DNA of 46,255 nucleotides from a virus, in the IMG/VR virus record IMGVR_UViG_3300029880_000015; one strand, written 5' to 3'. The notes under the pieces were generated by a model, which saw nothing but the letters and a program-made list of their open reading frames with translations, ran no database searches and was not told the DNA's origin. Both the position numbers and the translations under genes were made by a program. Below, piece after piece: positions 5,521 through 14,823 of the stretch (the first letter of the stretch is position 1; each line of letters begins with the position of its first letter).

Positions 5521-6771
5521 TCACTTTGCCCTCACAAATCTTTTTGCTCCTGCATTTGCCCTGGACTGCTGCTTATATCCAAAGTCTGCTACCTTGTTAC
5601 GGTAATATTGTGCTGCAAGATTGTTTTCCTCGCAGAATTTATTATACTCCTTATTCTGTTCAGTCAGTTTAAAAGCCATTCGATCATATTCCGATCTTAG
5701 TTTTTCTTTTTCAGATTCTGGTACATCGTCTGAGTTGATTTCTTCGTTTTTCATTATCAGCCGGCGTTTAGTCGATCTGATTGAACGTTCCATTGCTCGC
5801 TGCTTCTGTGTATCTTCATAGATCTTTTTATTCTCTTCAGAATCAATCTTGTGTTCGTCCGCCCATGGATTCCGTAATCCTTTTGCCCATGGCTGGTGAC
5901 TATGCTTGCAATTCCACCCATGCAGTCCGTGCGGATCCACAACTGTTCCCTGTCCGGTTTTCGGGCTTATATCATATCCAGTGTTTTCCAAAAGATTAGG
6001 ATATCCCGGTTCCGATCCAACTATTGAGTAAGGCTTTCCCTGCCAGGATGAATGATCTCCGCAAGGGGGCTGTCCTTTCTGTGCTGTTCTGGCTCCCATA
6101 TGCGCTGATACAAGGACATAATTTGTCTTTGCCTGTGCAATGTACTGATTCGTTACCTGTGCCGCCGTTTGATTCATACTTGTTACCACGCAACACCTCA
6201 CAGCTGCTTCAAGGGTTCTTTTTGCACCGCTTGTTGGATAATCCACCATGATTCCTTTTTGTGCATAATTGTCCAACACATCACAAATTGCAGTGGTGTA
6301 GGATTGCACACCGGAAGCAACACGGATTTCAGCTTTATCCAGCAGATTAATTAGATCACGCTGAGATTGATTTATTGTAGTCCTGCTCAGGTTGCTAAGC
6401 TCACCCAATGTTTTTTTGAATTCTGCATCCATCACCGCTATCACTTCTGGATTCTCCAATGGTGGACTTATATTCTCGTCAATCCCTAAAAGAATATCTT
6501 TATCATTATCCCAGGACGTCATCACGGCATTTTGCAGGATCCGTCTAAGCTCTGGTTGTGTCATTTTTGTAAGCTTCTGCAACTTCTGTTCAATGGCAGC
6601 TCTGCTCTCTCCCATTTGCGTGAGTTTCCAGATAAGCCGATCAGCTGTGGCAGTCATGCCGCCAGTTTGAAGAATGCGCTTGGAAATGTCCGTCATTATA
6701 AAATCTTCCAGTTCCTGGTAAATCGCAAGGATTCTTTTTTCTTTTCCGTGAAAATACTCTGGTGGAAGCAT
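5521..6771 (-). CDS. Minor capsid / head morphogenesis protein (Phage_min_cap2 / SPP1 gp7-like)
   Basis: 416 aa located after the portal-proximal genes. Contains YVLVSAHMGARTAQKGQPPCGDHSSWQGKPYS, characteristic of this family as I recall it. Confidence 0.7.
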   Translation of the reverse strand: MLPPEYFHGKEKRILAIYQELEDFIMTDISKRILQTGGMTATADRLIWKLTQMGESRAAIEQKLQKLTKMTQPELRRILQNAVMTSWDNDKDILLGIDENISPPLENPEVIAVMDAEFKKTLGELSNLSRTTINQSQRDLINLLDKAEIRVASGVQSYTTAICDVLDNYAQKGIMVDYPTSGAKRTLEAAVRCCVVTSMNQTAAQVTNQYIAQAKTNYVLVSAHMGARTAQKGQPPCGDHSSWQGKPYSIVGSEPGYPNLLENTGYDISPKTGQGTVVDPHGLHGWNCKHSHQPWAKGLRNPWADEHKIDSEENKKIYEDTQKQRAMERSIRSTKRRLIMKNEEINSDDVPESEKEKLRSEYDRMAFKLTEQNKEYNKFCEENNLAAQYYRNKVADFGYKQQSRANAGAKRFVRAK

Positions 6772-7202
6772 TATTTACCACCTGCCGTTTCTTTTACAAG
6801 CCGCACCCAATCAGATAGATGTTCCTGCTTAGCACGATCAAACCAGTGATCGGACGTTCCTGGTGTATGATATTGTAATCTTCTCCCTGTGGGTGATTTT
6901 TTAGGCGGAGATGTCCATCCGATAATATTGCCCTGTGCATCCTTGAGCGGAATGTTCGGACCATATACTTCTCCCGCGTACAGATAATGAGCATAAGAAG
7001 TATTGTATTCAATCTCTCCGCCATCAATTCCCTGCGGATATCTTACGCTGCTTCTCAATGCTCCTTGCTGGAAAGGTACATAAGGCTCGCAGTCCGCTAC
7101 GATCTGCATGTTCAGCTTCTTCTGAGCTTCTTTCAAATTACCATCAATCCGCTTTGTATCAAATTTGATATGTACATTTCCAACATGATTATTGATCTTC
7201 AT
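6771..7202 (-). CDS. Minor capsid protein
   Basis: 143 aa directly after the portal gene. ...YNTSYAHYLYAGEVYGPNIP...HWFDRAK resembles small minor-capsid proteins of A118/r1t-type phages. Confidence 0.55.
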   Translation of the reverse strand: MKINNHVGNVHIKFDTKRIDGNLKEAQKKLNMQIVADCEPYVPFQQGALRSSVRYPQGIDGGEIEYNTSYAHYLYAGEVYGPNIPLKDAQGNIIGWTSPPKKSPTGRRLQYHTPGTSDHWFDRAKQEHLSDWVRLVKETAGGK

Positions 7203-7205
7203 AGG

Positions 7206-8657
7206 CTATTCATCCCCAAATAATCCGCTTGCTTTGTTTTCTTTATTCGCTTCATTTGCGAGAGCTTTCGCATCCTCTTCGCTGAATCCTTCAAATTTTA
7301 CCAGATAGTACCAGAACGGAACCCTTCCGGTGTTTACATAGCTAAGCCAAGTCTGCTTATCCTCTGCAAAAGAATATGTGATGTCTCCGAAATCATAATT
7401 GACTTCATAGGCTCCGACAGGTGCAAGTCCGTACAAATCAGCATGGACATTCAGTGCGTAGATTACTTGATCTAAACAGGATTCTAGTTTATCCCTTACA
7501 TCCTTGATAAACTGTATGGTCCTCTGCTGTTCTGCTTCTACCCCTGTGGCTGTCTGTATGCCGCTTGTTTCGTTAAAGACAAAATACCCATTGGAGAATC
7601 CAATCTTGTACCCTAACTGGCTTAAAAGGGCATTTATCCCGCTTATGCGGGTATCAGTGTTTAAAATCGGATTGATTTCTTGATAAAACTCTTTTTCATC
7701 CTGTCCGAATACATTTTTCACATAATCCGGCAAGCTCATTTCTTTGCATCTGTGTTCCATGGCCTGCGGTGTCATAGCTGCTACTGGTGATCCACTCGGC
7801 ATGAGTATTCTATCATCAGCCAGAACGGTTCTCTTAGAATCAAGGATTTCTTTTGCATTACGGCTGTATGCAATGTCCAGGTCTTTCAACTCTTCAATTG
7901 CTTCTGCAAATATCGGTAAGCCAAGTGGCGTACTGATATCCACATTGTTCGCCTGTGGAGTCCGCAGCACTCCGTACAGAGGTCCATTCAACTTCTCTCC
8001 GTTCGCCTTAAGAATCGGCGGCGTGTCTGCTATGAGGTCAGCCCACTTGGTCTGTTTAAGGTCAATCTTATCGCCGATTGACTGCGGGGATTTTGATACA
8101 TAGGCTCTGTTGGAAACATAATACGGATAGGTTGTCACTCCGTCCACTGTTGTCTCAACAAACCTGTGATACTCGAGTCTTGTGTAGTATTTTCTACCAA
8201 CGGTATAAGAATCCTTAAATATAATCCCTTTGATTTCTTGGTTGTCGTAATCCACGATCATCACATCTGCCGGAGTAAATACGTCAAGGTTCTCACCGTT
8301 TGGTTTAATAAAAACTGTTCCATAAGCACAGCCATATTCTACCCAGTGACGTATTTGGAAATACACTTTATCAATCTGCTCCTGTAGCCATGTAGCTCTT
8401 GCGGAACCATCAATCTGAATGCCGATTGCCAGTGTTGCGAGCCGAGCTGTTTCTGAGCAGACAGATTTAGCGAAATTAATCGTCTTAATATTATTCTTAT
8501 CATCTAGCCAGTATGGAACGCCTCGATATATGTTCGCACATTTATTAATTAACGATTCCATTTCCGGGAATTCTGCTGCTTGGATATTAAAATCCTCTTC
8601 GGCTTGTTTTTTGAATATCATGTTAAACCACCTTTTTAGTGTTGTTATAAGTCCCAT
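7206..8657 (-). CDS. Portal protein
   Basis: 483 aa located between terminase and the minor capsid genes. Size and acidic C-terminus are typical of SPP1 gp6-type portals. Confidence 0.85.
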   Translation of the reverse strand: MGLITTLKRWFNMIFKKQAEEDFNIQAAEFPEMESLINKCANIYRGVPYWLDDKNNIKTINFAKSVCSETARLATLAIGIQIDGSARATWLQEQIDKVYFQIRHWVEYGCAYGTVFIKPNGENLDVFTPADVMIVDYDNQEIKGIIFKDSYTVGRKYYTRLEYHRFVETTVDGVTTYPYYVSNRAYVSKSPQSIGDKIDLKQTKWADLIADTPPILKANGEKLNGPLYGVLRTPQANNVDISTPLGLPIFAEAIEELKDLDIAYSRNAKEILDSKRTVLADDRILMPSGSPVAAMTPQAMEHRCKEMSLPDYVKNVFGQDEKEFYQEINPILNTDTRISGINALLSQLGYKIGFSNGYFVFNETSGIQTATGVEAEQQRTIQFIKDVRDKLESCLDQVIYALNVHADLYGLAPVGAYEVNYDFGDITYSFAEDKQTWLSYVNTGRVPFWYYLVKFEGFSEEDAKALANEANKENKASGLFGDE

Positions 8658-8662
8658 TTAAT

Positions 8663-8821
8663 CTACCTTTTAAAATCCATCCATCTTACAGAAGTATCTC
8701 GCACAATAATGTCTTCATATTCTACAACTTTTAAGATTTCGTTAATGTCAGATGATCCATATATTTTTAAACCGATGCTTAAGAATTTATTTATTTTATC
8801 TGAAAAGTACCTATCTAACAT
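8663..8821 (-). CDS. Small hypothetical protein (52 aa, below the ORF-track cutoff)
   Basis: ATG at 8821 lies 5 nt after AGGTGA and fills the gap between 8823..9014 and the portal gene. Sequence MLDRYFSDKINKFLSIGLKIYG... Confidence 0.4.
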   Translation of the reverse strand: MLDRYFSDKINKFLSIGLKIYGSSDINEILKVVEYEDIIVRDTSVRWMDFKR

Positions 8822-8822
8822 T

Positions 8823-9014
8823 TTAGTCACCTGTCGCTATCTTTTTTCCACACATCGGACAATAATTAAGGTCAAACGGTCTGGAAGTAATGCTCCCTTT
8901 TCGGTCTTTCATGTATATGTACAACATACAGCCGTATATATATTTATTCTTCTTGTATTCTGGATTATCATGGCATTCTTTCCAAGAAGCTAATTCATCG
9001 CAAAATTTACACAT
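8823..9014 (-). CDS. Small zinc-ribbon protein
   Basis: 63 aa with CxxC (MCKFCDE) and CPMC pairs. Translationally coupled to terL. Confidence 0.6.
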   Translation of the reverse strand: MCKFCDELASWKECHDNPEYKKNKYIYGCMLYIYMKDRKGSITSRPFDLNYCPMCGKKIATGD

Positions 9015-10270
9015 TATGCACTGTTCCCCCTTCTCATCGACAATGGACTTGTCGCATACCTAAGAGAATCTATCCAGTGATCGTTACCATCTGGATAATC
9101 TGCGATAACTTCTCCATTGCTATCTACTTCATGTTCATAATTAATAATTTCCTTGTATGCTCTAGGCGTTCGTGCCGGATCAATGACTAATGTTCGGCAC
9201 TGTAACCACTCAAAAGTATATTTGCGGCTTCCCGGTGTGACAATAGCCCTACGTGCTGGAAGCCCTGCATCTCGGAAGTCAATAATACTTTCTTCTTCAT
9301 CAACTCCGCAAGATATTGAATAATCATCATATCCTTTTTTCTTTATCTGGTTAGCCATTGCTGTATTTCGAATTTTACATCCGCCAAGCTCATCCAGCAG
9401 GATAACTTTGTCCTGATTAGGCACATAAGCCACACGAATAAACGCTTTGGGATCCGGGTACCATCCCCAGTCTTGCCCCTGATAGACACTTTGATATTTT
9501 TGAATTTCTTCGTCTGGAATCGTTCGGATTTCCAACAACTCAAAGATATTTGTACCGAGTCCGACAGGCAATCCAAGATATTCATGCTGATAGGCTCTTG
9601 GATTTGTCTTTTTAAGATGCTCCGCATCATCAAGGAATTGTTGACCAAGCCATTCAACAGGAACTGATCTGTAATCACTCTTATGTCTGTAGCTGTCGTC
9701 TCGTGGCTCTTCTACATACACATTCGCCCAGTTGCTCCGGCTAATTGGCGGATTGAATGTCTTAAATACAACAAACTTACTGCCGCCTCGAAGGACTGAC
9801 TGCTGCACTGTACGAATTTCTTCAATTCCCGAAAATTCGTCAAGCTCCTCGAACCAGAGATACTTGAAATATCCCTTGCTTGCTTTAATAGATTTAGTCT
9901 TTTTTGCCTTGTCCAGTCCTCTGAATATGATTTTCTGTCCAGTAGGCTTATAAGTGTACTGCATAGGGCTTACACTGGTGTCCCATAGTTCATTGACTCC
10001 GAGCGCGTCAATTCCCCATGCTATCTGTTCATAAACGGATTCTCGAAGTGTGTTTCCAACTTTACGGAAAATAACAGCATTCGAGAACACATCATTCTCT
10101 GCGTCCTGCATCATCAGGAAAGGAATCATTACACCCACAAAAGACGACTTCGTGGATCCACGCCCGCCGTACAGATCGTAATATGTATGTTTCTCGTCCA
10201 GAATGTCCCAAAAGACTTCATAGAAAGCAGGAGCTATTATATCTTTCAGGCTAATAGGATTATTATCCAT
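9014..10270 (-). CDS. terL: Terminase large subunit (PBSX-type)
   Basis: 418 aa. Walker A-like YGGRGSTKSSF, WFEELDEF (Walker B) and a C-terminal nuclease region. Follows terS. Confidence 0.9.
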   Translation of the reverse strand: MDNNPISLKDIIAPAFYEVFWDILDEKHTYYDLYGGRGSTKSSFVGVMIPFLMMQDAENDVFSNAVIFRKVGNTLRESVYEQIAWGIDALGVNELWDTSVSPMQYTYKPTGQKIIFRGLDKAKKTKSIKASKGYFKYLWFEELDEFSGIEEIRTVQQSVLRGGSKFVVFKTFNPPISRSNWANVYVEEPRDDSYRHKSDYRSVPVEWLGQQFLDDAEHLKKTNPRAYQHEYLGLPVGLGTNIFELLEIRTIPDEEIQKYQSVYQGQDWGWYPDPKAFIRVAYVPNQDKVILLDELGGCKIRNTAMANQIKKKGYDDYSISCGVDEEESIIDFRDAGLPARRAIVTPGSRKYTFEWLQCRTLVIDPARTPRAYKEIINYEHEVDSNGEVIADYPDGNDHWIDSLRYATSPLSMRRGNSA

Positions 10271-10712
10271 CCTGTTTCTCCGGCCTTGGAATATTGTTCA
10301 CGATCGTAATCTTTCCGTCTCCAAAATCATCATTTTTCTTATCAGCGTCCCATCCTTTAAAGTTGTTTCTCAAGCTGAACTGAGCGCCATTTGAACCGTC
10401 ACGATCAAATAGTCTTTCCTCTGCGTACTGTTCCACTCTGGCTTTCGCGCGCGTAATCGTGTCATTAAACTCTGGCTTCGCTTGATAATTCAAAAGCGCC
10501 TGTCTGCTTGCAAATCCAAGTGCCAATGCCAATCCTGTAATCGTTGGAGGATGAACGTCTACAAAAACTGGTGAGCCAAATTTATTAAATACTTGCTTGC
10601 CTTTGCTATCAGTCAAAGGATATCCTTTACAATCCTCAAAATATTTTTCGATTTTTTTTTCAATTTCATCCACCGTTTTATACATGGGCGGTTTTCCCAT
10701 TGGCATTCCCAC
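10263..10712 (-). CDS. terS: Terminase small subunit
   Basis: GKPPMYKTVDEIEKKIEKYFEDC...PTITGLALALGF is a typical TerS HTH N-terminus. GTG at 10712 lies 7 nt after GGAGG (an alternative ATG is at 10706). The N-terminal extension in the ORF track is unlikely to be translated. Confidence 0.8.
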   Translation of the reverse strand: MGMPMGKPPMYKTVDEIEKKIEKYFEDCKGYPLTDSKGKQVFNKFGSPVFVDVHPPTITGLALALGFASRQALLNYQAKPEFNDTITRAKARVEQYAEERLFDRDGSNGAQFSLRNNFKGWDADKKNDDFGDGKITIVNNIPRPEKQDG

Positions 10713-10765
10713 GTTCTCACCTCCAAACAAAAACTGCCATATATGGCACATAGTCATAGATATAT

Positions 10766-10807
10766 ACTATATTACCATACATGGCAGAAAAATTTGTCCC
10801 CACATTT
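10766..10807 (-). promoter_or_regulatory. Putative late promoter with shared upstream motif (copy 2), upstream of terS
   Basis: The minus strand reads AAATGTGGGGACAAATTTTT, then 22 nt from the end of the 14-nt core, then TATAGT (with an overlapping TAATAT). Confidence 0.5.
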
Positions 10808-10824
10808 TAATATTAATTGTAGTA

Positions 10825-11124
10825 TTATATTTCTCTTAGTTTTCTTAAAGTATCATAAAACATAGCCATTGCCTTGCGCTTGTATGCATAGAAATCATCT
10901 CGCTTTGCCGGTATGTATTTTGTCTTCATGATACGGTCATAGGATTTGTTTGTTACAATAGATTCATACACCAGAAGTTCAATCCCTGGAGGGCAAGAGC
11001 TTATGCAGCAGTGCAAAATATCATGTCTCTGCTCTGGTGTAGCTTTTTGACATATATCCTTTAAACGGTTAATATCTTCTGGATATACGCCAAAATCAAC
11101 AAGTGACTTTTGCCTGGTTCGCAT
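10825..11124 (-). CDS. Hypothetical protein, candidate late-gene regulator by position
   Basis: 99 aa, the last gene before the late-promoter motif and terS, a position typical of RinA/ArpU-type activators. I recognise no clear sequence family. Confidence 0.35.
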   Translation of the reverse strand: MRTRQKSLVDFGVYPEDINRLKDICQKATPEQRHDILHCCISSCPPGIELLVYESIVTNKSYDRIMKTKYIPAKRDDFYAYKRKAMAMFYDTLRKLREI

Positions 11125-11145
11125 ATCATCACCGCCTTTTTATTG

Positions 11146-11241
11146 CTATTTACGCTTGCCGATAAAATGTGCAATCAAGTAAATAGTGCCAAATGATCCG
11201 AATATTATTCCAAATGTAAATGCTATTAAACTATCAATCAT
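11146..11241 (-). CDS. 31-aa hydrophobic peptide
   Basis: ATG at 11241 lies 8 nt after AAGGAGGG. MIDSLIAFTFGIIFGSFGTIYLIAHFIGKRK forms a single TM segment. Confidence 0.45.
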   Translation of the reverse strand: MIDSLIAFTFGIIFGSFGTIYLIAHFIGKRK

Positions 11242-11256
11242 AGATACGTCCCTCCT

Positions 11257-11490
11257 TTAAACCACATAAAGTTCCTTTAATTCTTTTGGAGTGCCAATAT
11301 CTTTGTAAGACTTTAATTCTTCAAGCCACTCTGCGATCTGTTCATACTCCTTTACATATTGATTGCATATATCTGCATGTAACTCATTTGCATCTTCTGA
11401 ACCCATATCTGCATTCTCGATACTCCATTTATAACGATTTGCAACTATCTTTGACTGTTTAATACCATCATCAATTAGAAATCTCTCCAT
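11257..11490 (-). CDS. Hypothetical acidic protein
   Basis: 77-aa ORF tightly packed in the operon. Confidence 0.6.
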   Translation of the reverse strand: MERFLIDDGIKQSKIVANRYKWSIENADMGSEDANELHADICNQYVKEYEQIAEWLEELKSYKDIGTPKELKELYVV

Positions 11491-11685
11491 CTACTTCACC
11501 TCTTTCATCCAATTCTGAAATTCTTTCATACAGTCAGGGCATAAGTCCGTTACGCCATGTGAATAATACTTTCTATCAACATCTAAATTCACTGGAATAA
11601 ATCCATTGATGTTTTTATTATCTTTTTTAGTGTTGTATGATTCATATAACTTTCCGCATCGATCACATTTCATTGCATTCGCCAT
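11491..11685 (-). CDS. Zinc-ribbon protein
   Basis: 64 aa with CDRC...CPDC pairs. GGAGGAATGAGAG precedes the ATG. Confidence 0.6.
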   Translation of the reverse strand: MANAMKCDRCGKLYESYNTKKDNKNINGFIPVNLDVDRKYYSHGVTDLCPDCMKEFQNWMKEVK

Positions 11686-11986
11686 CTCTCATTCCTCCTG
11701 TAATCTCATCAATACACTGGTTCCATCCTTCTGCAAAGCCAGCATCAGACGTATTAGCTGGATAATCTCCATTGTCTTTTTCTGGCAAATCCATAAGCGG
11801 ACACCAGTCTGGTCTTGATTTACTTTCACAATCATAATGTTCTTCTGTCATCAGAATTACATCGCAATCTAAACAGTCAGCTAATTCACACAAACCCTCA
11901 TATTCAAGAGCGCTACAGTATGCAGTTCCGAACGGGCAAACATAGCAATTCTCTGGTGTTTCCATCACTAATACTGATTTACTCAT
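11663..11986 (-). CDS. Cys-rich hypothetical protein
   Basis: 107-aa ORF with 11 Cys residues. Overlaps its neighbours by a few nt. Confidence 0.6.
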   Translation of the reverse strand: MSKSVLVMETPENCYVCPFGTAYCSALEYEGLCELADCLDCDVILMTEEHYDCESKSRPDWCPLMDLPEKDNGDYPANTSDAGFAEGWNQCIDEITGGMRDGECNEM

Positions 11987-12684
11987 TCCGGCACCTCCAT
12001 TCCTAAATCAAATAATGTTAATTGTGATCTGAACTCGTTCAACCGTTTTTGAGCTGAATCGTAATAATCTTTATTGATTTCATAACCAACATATTCCAGG
12101 CCGTATTCCTCATATGCAATCAGTGAGCTTGCACTCCCCACATGGGTATCAAGAATCTTCATTCCTTTCTGCAGATATTTATGACATATCCAACGATATA
12201 AATTTACAGGCTTTTGAGTTGGGTGGATTCGCTTTTCATTCAGTTTTTTGTTGCCCTGCATTATTTCTCCGTGCGCGATACTCTTTCCCTGTAGCATACC
12301 ATTCCACATATACCTAAAAAGTCTTACACTGTCATGGAAACTGCAAGCAGCTATCTCACAATCGGAAAAGCTTGAATTCCCATTGCACTTATCCCATACA
12401 ATTCTTCCTGGTGGGAAGCTGTATTCAAAATAATTGCAGCCCCACACAATTTGATTTTTGGAAACTCTAAAGAGCTGGTCGAAATATTCCTGGTTCGGTA
12501 TATTCCATTGTTCAGAGACTTTGTATATTCTCTGTACTCCTATTGGACTTATCTTTCTTCCGTAGAATCCTCTCTTTTCTGGGCCGCTGAAATACGGTGG
12601 ATCTACAACTGCCACATCGAAGTAATTATCTGGAAAGTCCGGGAGAAAATTCATGCAGTCACCGCAAATAAATTCTCTTTGCAT
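11983..12684 (-). CDS. DNA methyltransferase (beta-class, DPPY; probably N6-adenine)
   Basis: 233 aa. VAVVDPPY (motif IV) near the N-terminus, HPTQKPVNLYRWI, and ILDTHVGSASS (motif I). No cognate endonuclease is nearby. Confidence 0.85.
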   Translation of the reverse strand: MQREFICGDCMNFLPDFPDNYFDVAVVDPPYFSGPEKRGFYGRKISPIGVQRIYKVSEQWNIPNQEYFDQLFRVSKNQIVWGCNYFEYSFPPGRIVWDKCNGNSSFSDCEIAACSFHDSVRLFRYMWNGMLQGKSIAHGEIMQGNKKLNEKRIHPTQKPVNLYRWICHKYLQKGMKILDTHVGSASSLIAYEEYGLEYVGYEINKDYYDSAQKRLNEFRSQLTLFDLGMEVPE

Positions 12685-13151
12685 CAGTGTTCCTCCTGTA
12701 ATAATTCTGGGTTGTCAAACACGTTTCCGGAAGTTTCAACCTTTCTGCGCCAATACCCAAGTTCTTTTCGGTAAAATGTCTCTTCTGGAAAATCAACATA
12801 AAATCCTAAATTATAGCTTCCGTAATCAAAGCTTGAACAATACATTCCAAATTTTACCAGGGCATATTCTCCGTTATGATTAACGATGTCATTTTCCCAG
12901 ATTCTCTTATTGCTCTTATCAGTCAGTCCGGTGAACTGGCAGAGGGTTTCTGAATCAATTTCAATCTGTACTATCTGATTTGGGAGTCCCCAGTCAGTCA
13001 TTCTCTCTTGCAAAATATAGTGATGTTCTGATACTGGTTTTCGTTCATAGTCCTCTTTAAAACAATAGGTTGTTTCAGACATTTTCTGATAATATCCCTC
13101 AACCCATTTTCCATTATCAATCCGCTTTGCCTTGAAAAGAATTTCTCTCAT
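12684..13151 (-). CDS. YopX family protein
   Basis: MREILFKAKRIDNGKWVEGYY... and C-terminal GNVFDNPELLQEE are YopX hallmarks. Confidence 0.8.
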   Translation of the reverse strand: MREILFKAKRIDNGKWVEGYYQKMSETTYCFKEDYERKPVSEHHYILQERMTDWGLPNQIVQIEIDSETLCQFTGLTDKSNKRIWENDIVNHNGEYALVKFGMYCSSFDYGSYNLGFYVDFPEETFYRKELGYWRRKVETSGNVFDNPELLQEEH

Positions 13152-13402
13152 TCAACTCCACCGCCTTTCACGATTTCAATTGCCGTGTGCGTTTCAATAA
13201 TTTCTCTTTTACGATCCCACCCCATGGGTCTTGCTATACAGCTTGCTCTTAAAATTTCATCCGTAACCTTTTCTACATCAAAAGCAGTCGGCTGTTTGTT
13301 GACACAATCAATAAACTCTTTCTGATCTGAACTAATACTTGTCCCGATCTCCCAAATTTTAATGTATTTGATTAATTCGTCTGCATCAATCAGTCTGCTC
13401 AT
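13148..13402 (-). CDS. Hypothetical protein
   Basis: 84-aa ORF coupled to its neighbours. Confidence 0.6.
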   Translation of the reverse strand: MSRLIDADELIKYIKIWEIGTSISSDQKEFIDCVNKQPTAFDVEKVTDEILRASCIARPMGWDRKREIIETHTAIEIVKGGGVE

Positions 13403-13419
13403 CTGATTCCTCCCTGTGC

Positions 13420-13851
13420 TTACATTTTAGGTCCTCTAAAAATTACTATCATTGACGGAAACGGTGCACTATTCTTGCTGCCTCCGAATTTTAACCTTCC
13501 TTTCAAAAATCTAATTTCCGATCTGTGATATACAAAATCTTGAAACCATTTCGTATCTGTCCTTGCCGGAACCAGTAAAACAACGAGCGTATTCTCTTTA
13601 TGTCCTTCCTGATAGCTCTTTTCAACCCATTGATATATTTCTCTTCCGTAAGGCGGGTTGCAAAACACTCGCATCCCCCACCAGTCCTGTATAAGACCAT
13701 TTTCATTTTTAGTAAAAAATTTCTCGCATTTATGGTTTTTTGCGTCCGCGCATGGGTCTAGCGTGAAATCAAACTCTTTGTTTAATTCATCGAAAATATA
13801 TTTAGGTGTAGCCCATTGATCGGAATTGCTGCTAAATAAACATTTTTCCAT
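13420..13851 (-). CDS. Phage-type DNA N6-adenine methyltransferase (Dam family)
   Basis: 143 aa. Contains SDQWATP, LDPCA, FCNPPYG and LVPARTDTKWF motifs. Confidence 0.85.
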   Translation of the reverse strand: MEKCLFSSNSDQWATPKYIFDELNKEFDFTLDPCADAKNHKCEKFFTKNENGLIQDWWGMRVFCNPPYGREIYQWVEKSYQEGHKENTLVVLLVPARTDTKWFQDFVYHRSEIRFLKGRLKFGGSKNSAPFPSMIVIFRGPKM

Positions 13852-13946
13852 TTTTCCCTCTTATTCTGTTTCCTCCTGTAATAGTTCTTTATTGTCGAAA
13901 ATGTTGCCAACTACTTCCATTTCGCACCTGTCGATATAATCTTTGG

Positions 13947-14177
13947 TCAGTGGCATTGACCAGCAGAAAGGTTCGCATCACAGCCGTAGATATCAATATC
14001 TGATTTCTTAATAGTGCTGTCCCATAACACTTTTCCAAACAGTTCTCCTGCACTCATATCGCAGTATTTAATCATGCTTCCACACGAGCCATCTATAGCC
14101 CAGTATTTACCTGGGCCAGAAAAACAGCTTTTTTCCAGCAATTGACTAAGAAATTTTGTTGTTTCAGATCTTTTCAT
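13947..14177 (-). CDS. Hypothetical protein
   Basis: 76-aa ORF with an ATGA overlap to the upstream gene. It is followed by an out-of-frame YopX-like C-terminal remnant (see findings). Confidence 0.5.
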   Translation of the reverse strand: MKRSETTKFLSQLLEKSCFSGPGKYWAIDGSCGSMIKYCDMSAGELFGKVLWDSTIKKSDIDIYGCDANLSAGQCH

Positions 14178-14467
14178 TCTTCCACATCCTCATAAGTTTC
14201 TCTGAATATATCTGGCTTACACGGATAAAATTCACCGTGAACACCACGGATGATATAATCACCAATATTTGCCAGATGTTCACCCTCTAGCGTTTTGATT
14301 ACTAATCCGCCCGGAACCTTCCGATGGTCAATATAGAAATTCTTACCTTCTGCCGGAATGTACTGGTCTGTACACTGATAGTCCTCCAGAAAATCGAACA
14401 TTTCTCTCTTATTTTTACCAGTCCACTGAAGTGCATCAATTATAACTGGTTTCTTTCTGTACTTCAT
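14174..14467 (-). CDS. Hypothetical protein (KKPVxIxAxQW type)
   Basis: Start MKYRKKPVIIDALQW at 14467, with an ATGA overlap to the upstream stop and GGAG 9 nt upstream. Confidence 0.6.
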   Translation of the reverse strand: MKYRKKPVIIDALQWTGKNKREMFDFLEDYQCTDQYIPAEGKNFYIDHRKVPGGLVIKTLEGEHLANIGDYIIRGVHGEFYPCKPDIFRETYEDVEE

Positions 14468-14823
14468 ACTTCCACGCTCCAATCTTCTGGCATCTGGAAC
14501 GTCATTTCTTTTTTGAGCATTTCTCCAAGTTCTCCAGCATGTGCTTTGTTTTCTTCCGTTTTTGGCTTCATACTTAATATCCTACATACTTCTGGAATTA
14601 CATATTTTGTGTATTCCGAATCTCCGTATGCTTCCTGGATCATATCCAGTACTTTCATGGCTTTTGCTTTGGTGGAATATTCTCCTAAAATAAAATATCC
14701 TCCACTTCTCTGTGTATCCTGCCAACTCCAACATATAACTTTCAACGAATCTGGAAGTTTTAGATTGACTACAATGTTTTCGAACCTTACCAACGTTGTT
14801 TTATCCTGACTTCTGATTAACAT
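14464..14823 (-). CDS. Hypothetical protein
   Basis: 119-aa ORF with AAGGAGGAC SD. Confidence 0.65.
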   Translation of the reverse strand: MLIRSQDKTTLVRFENIVVNLKLPDSLKVICWSWQDTQRSGGYFILGEYSTKAKAMKVLDMIQEAYGDSEYTKYVIPEVCRILSMKPKTEENKAHAGELGEMLKKEMTFQMPEDWSVEV

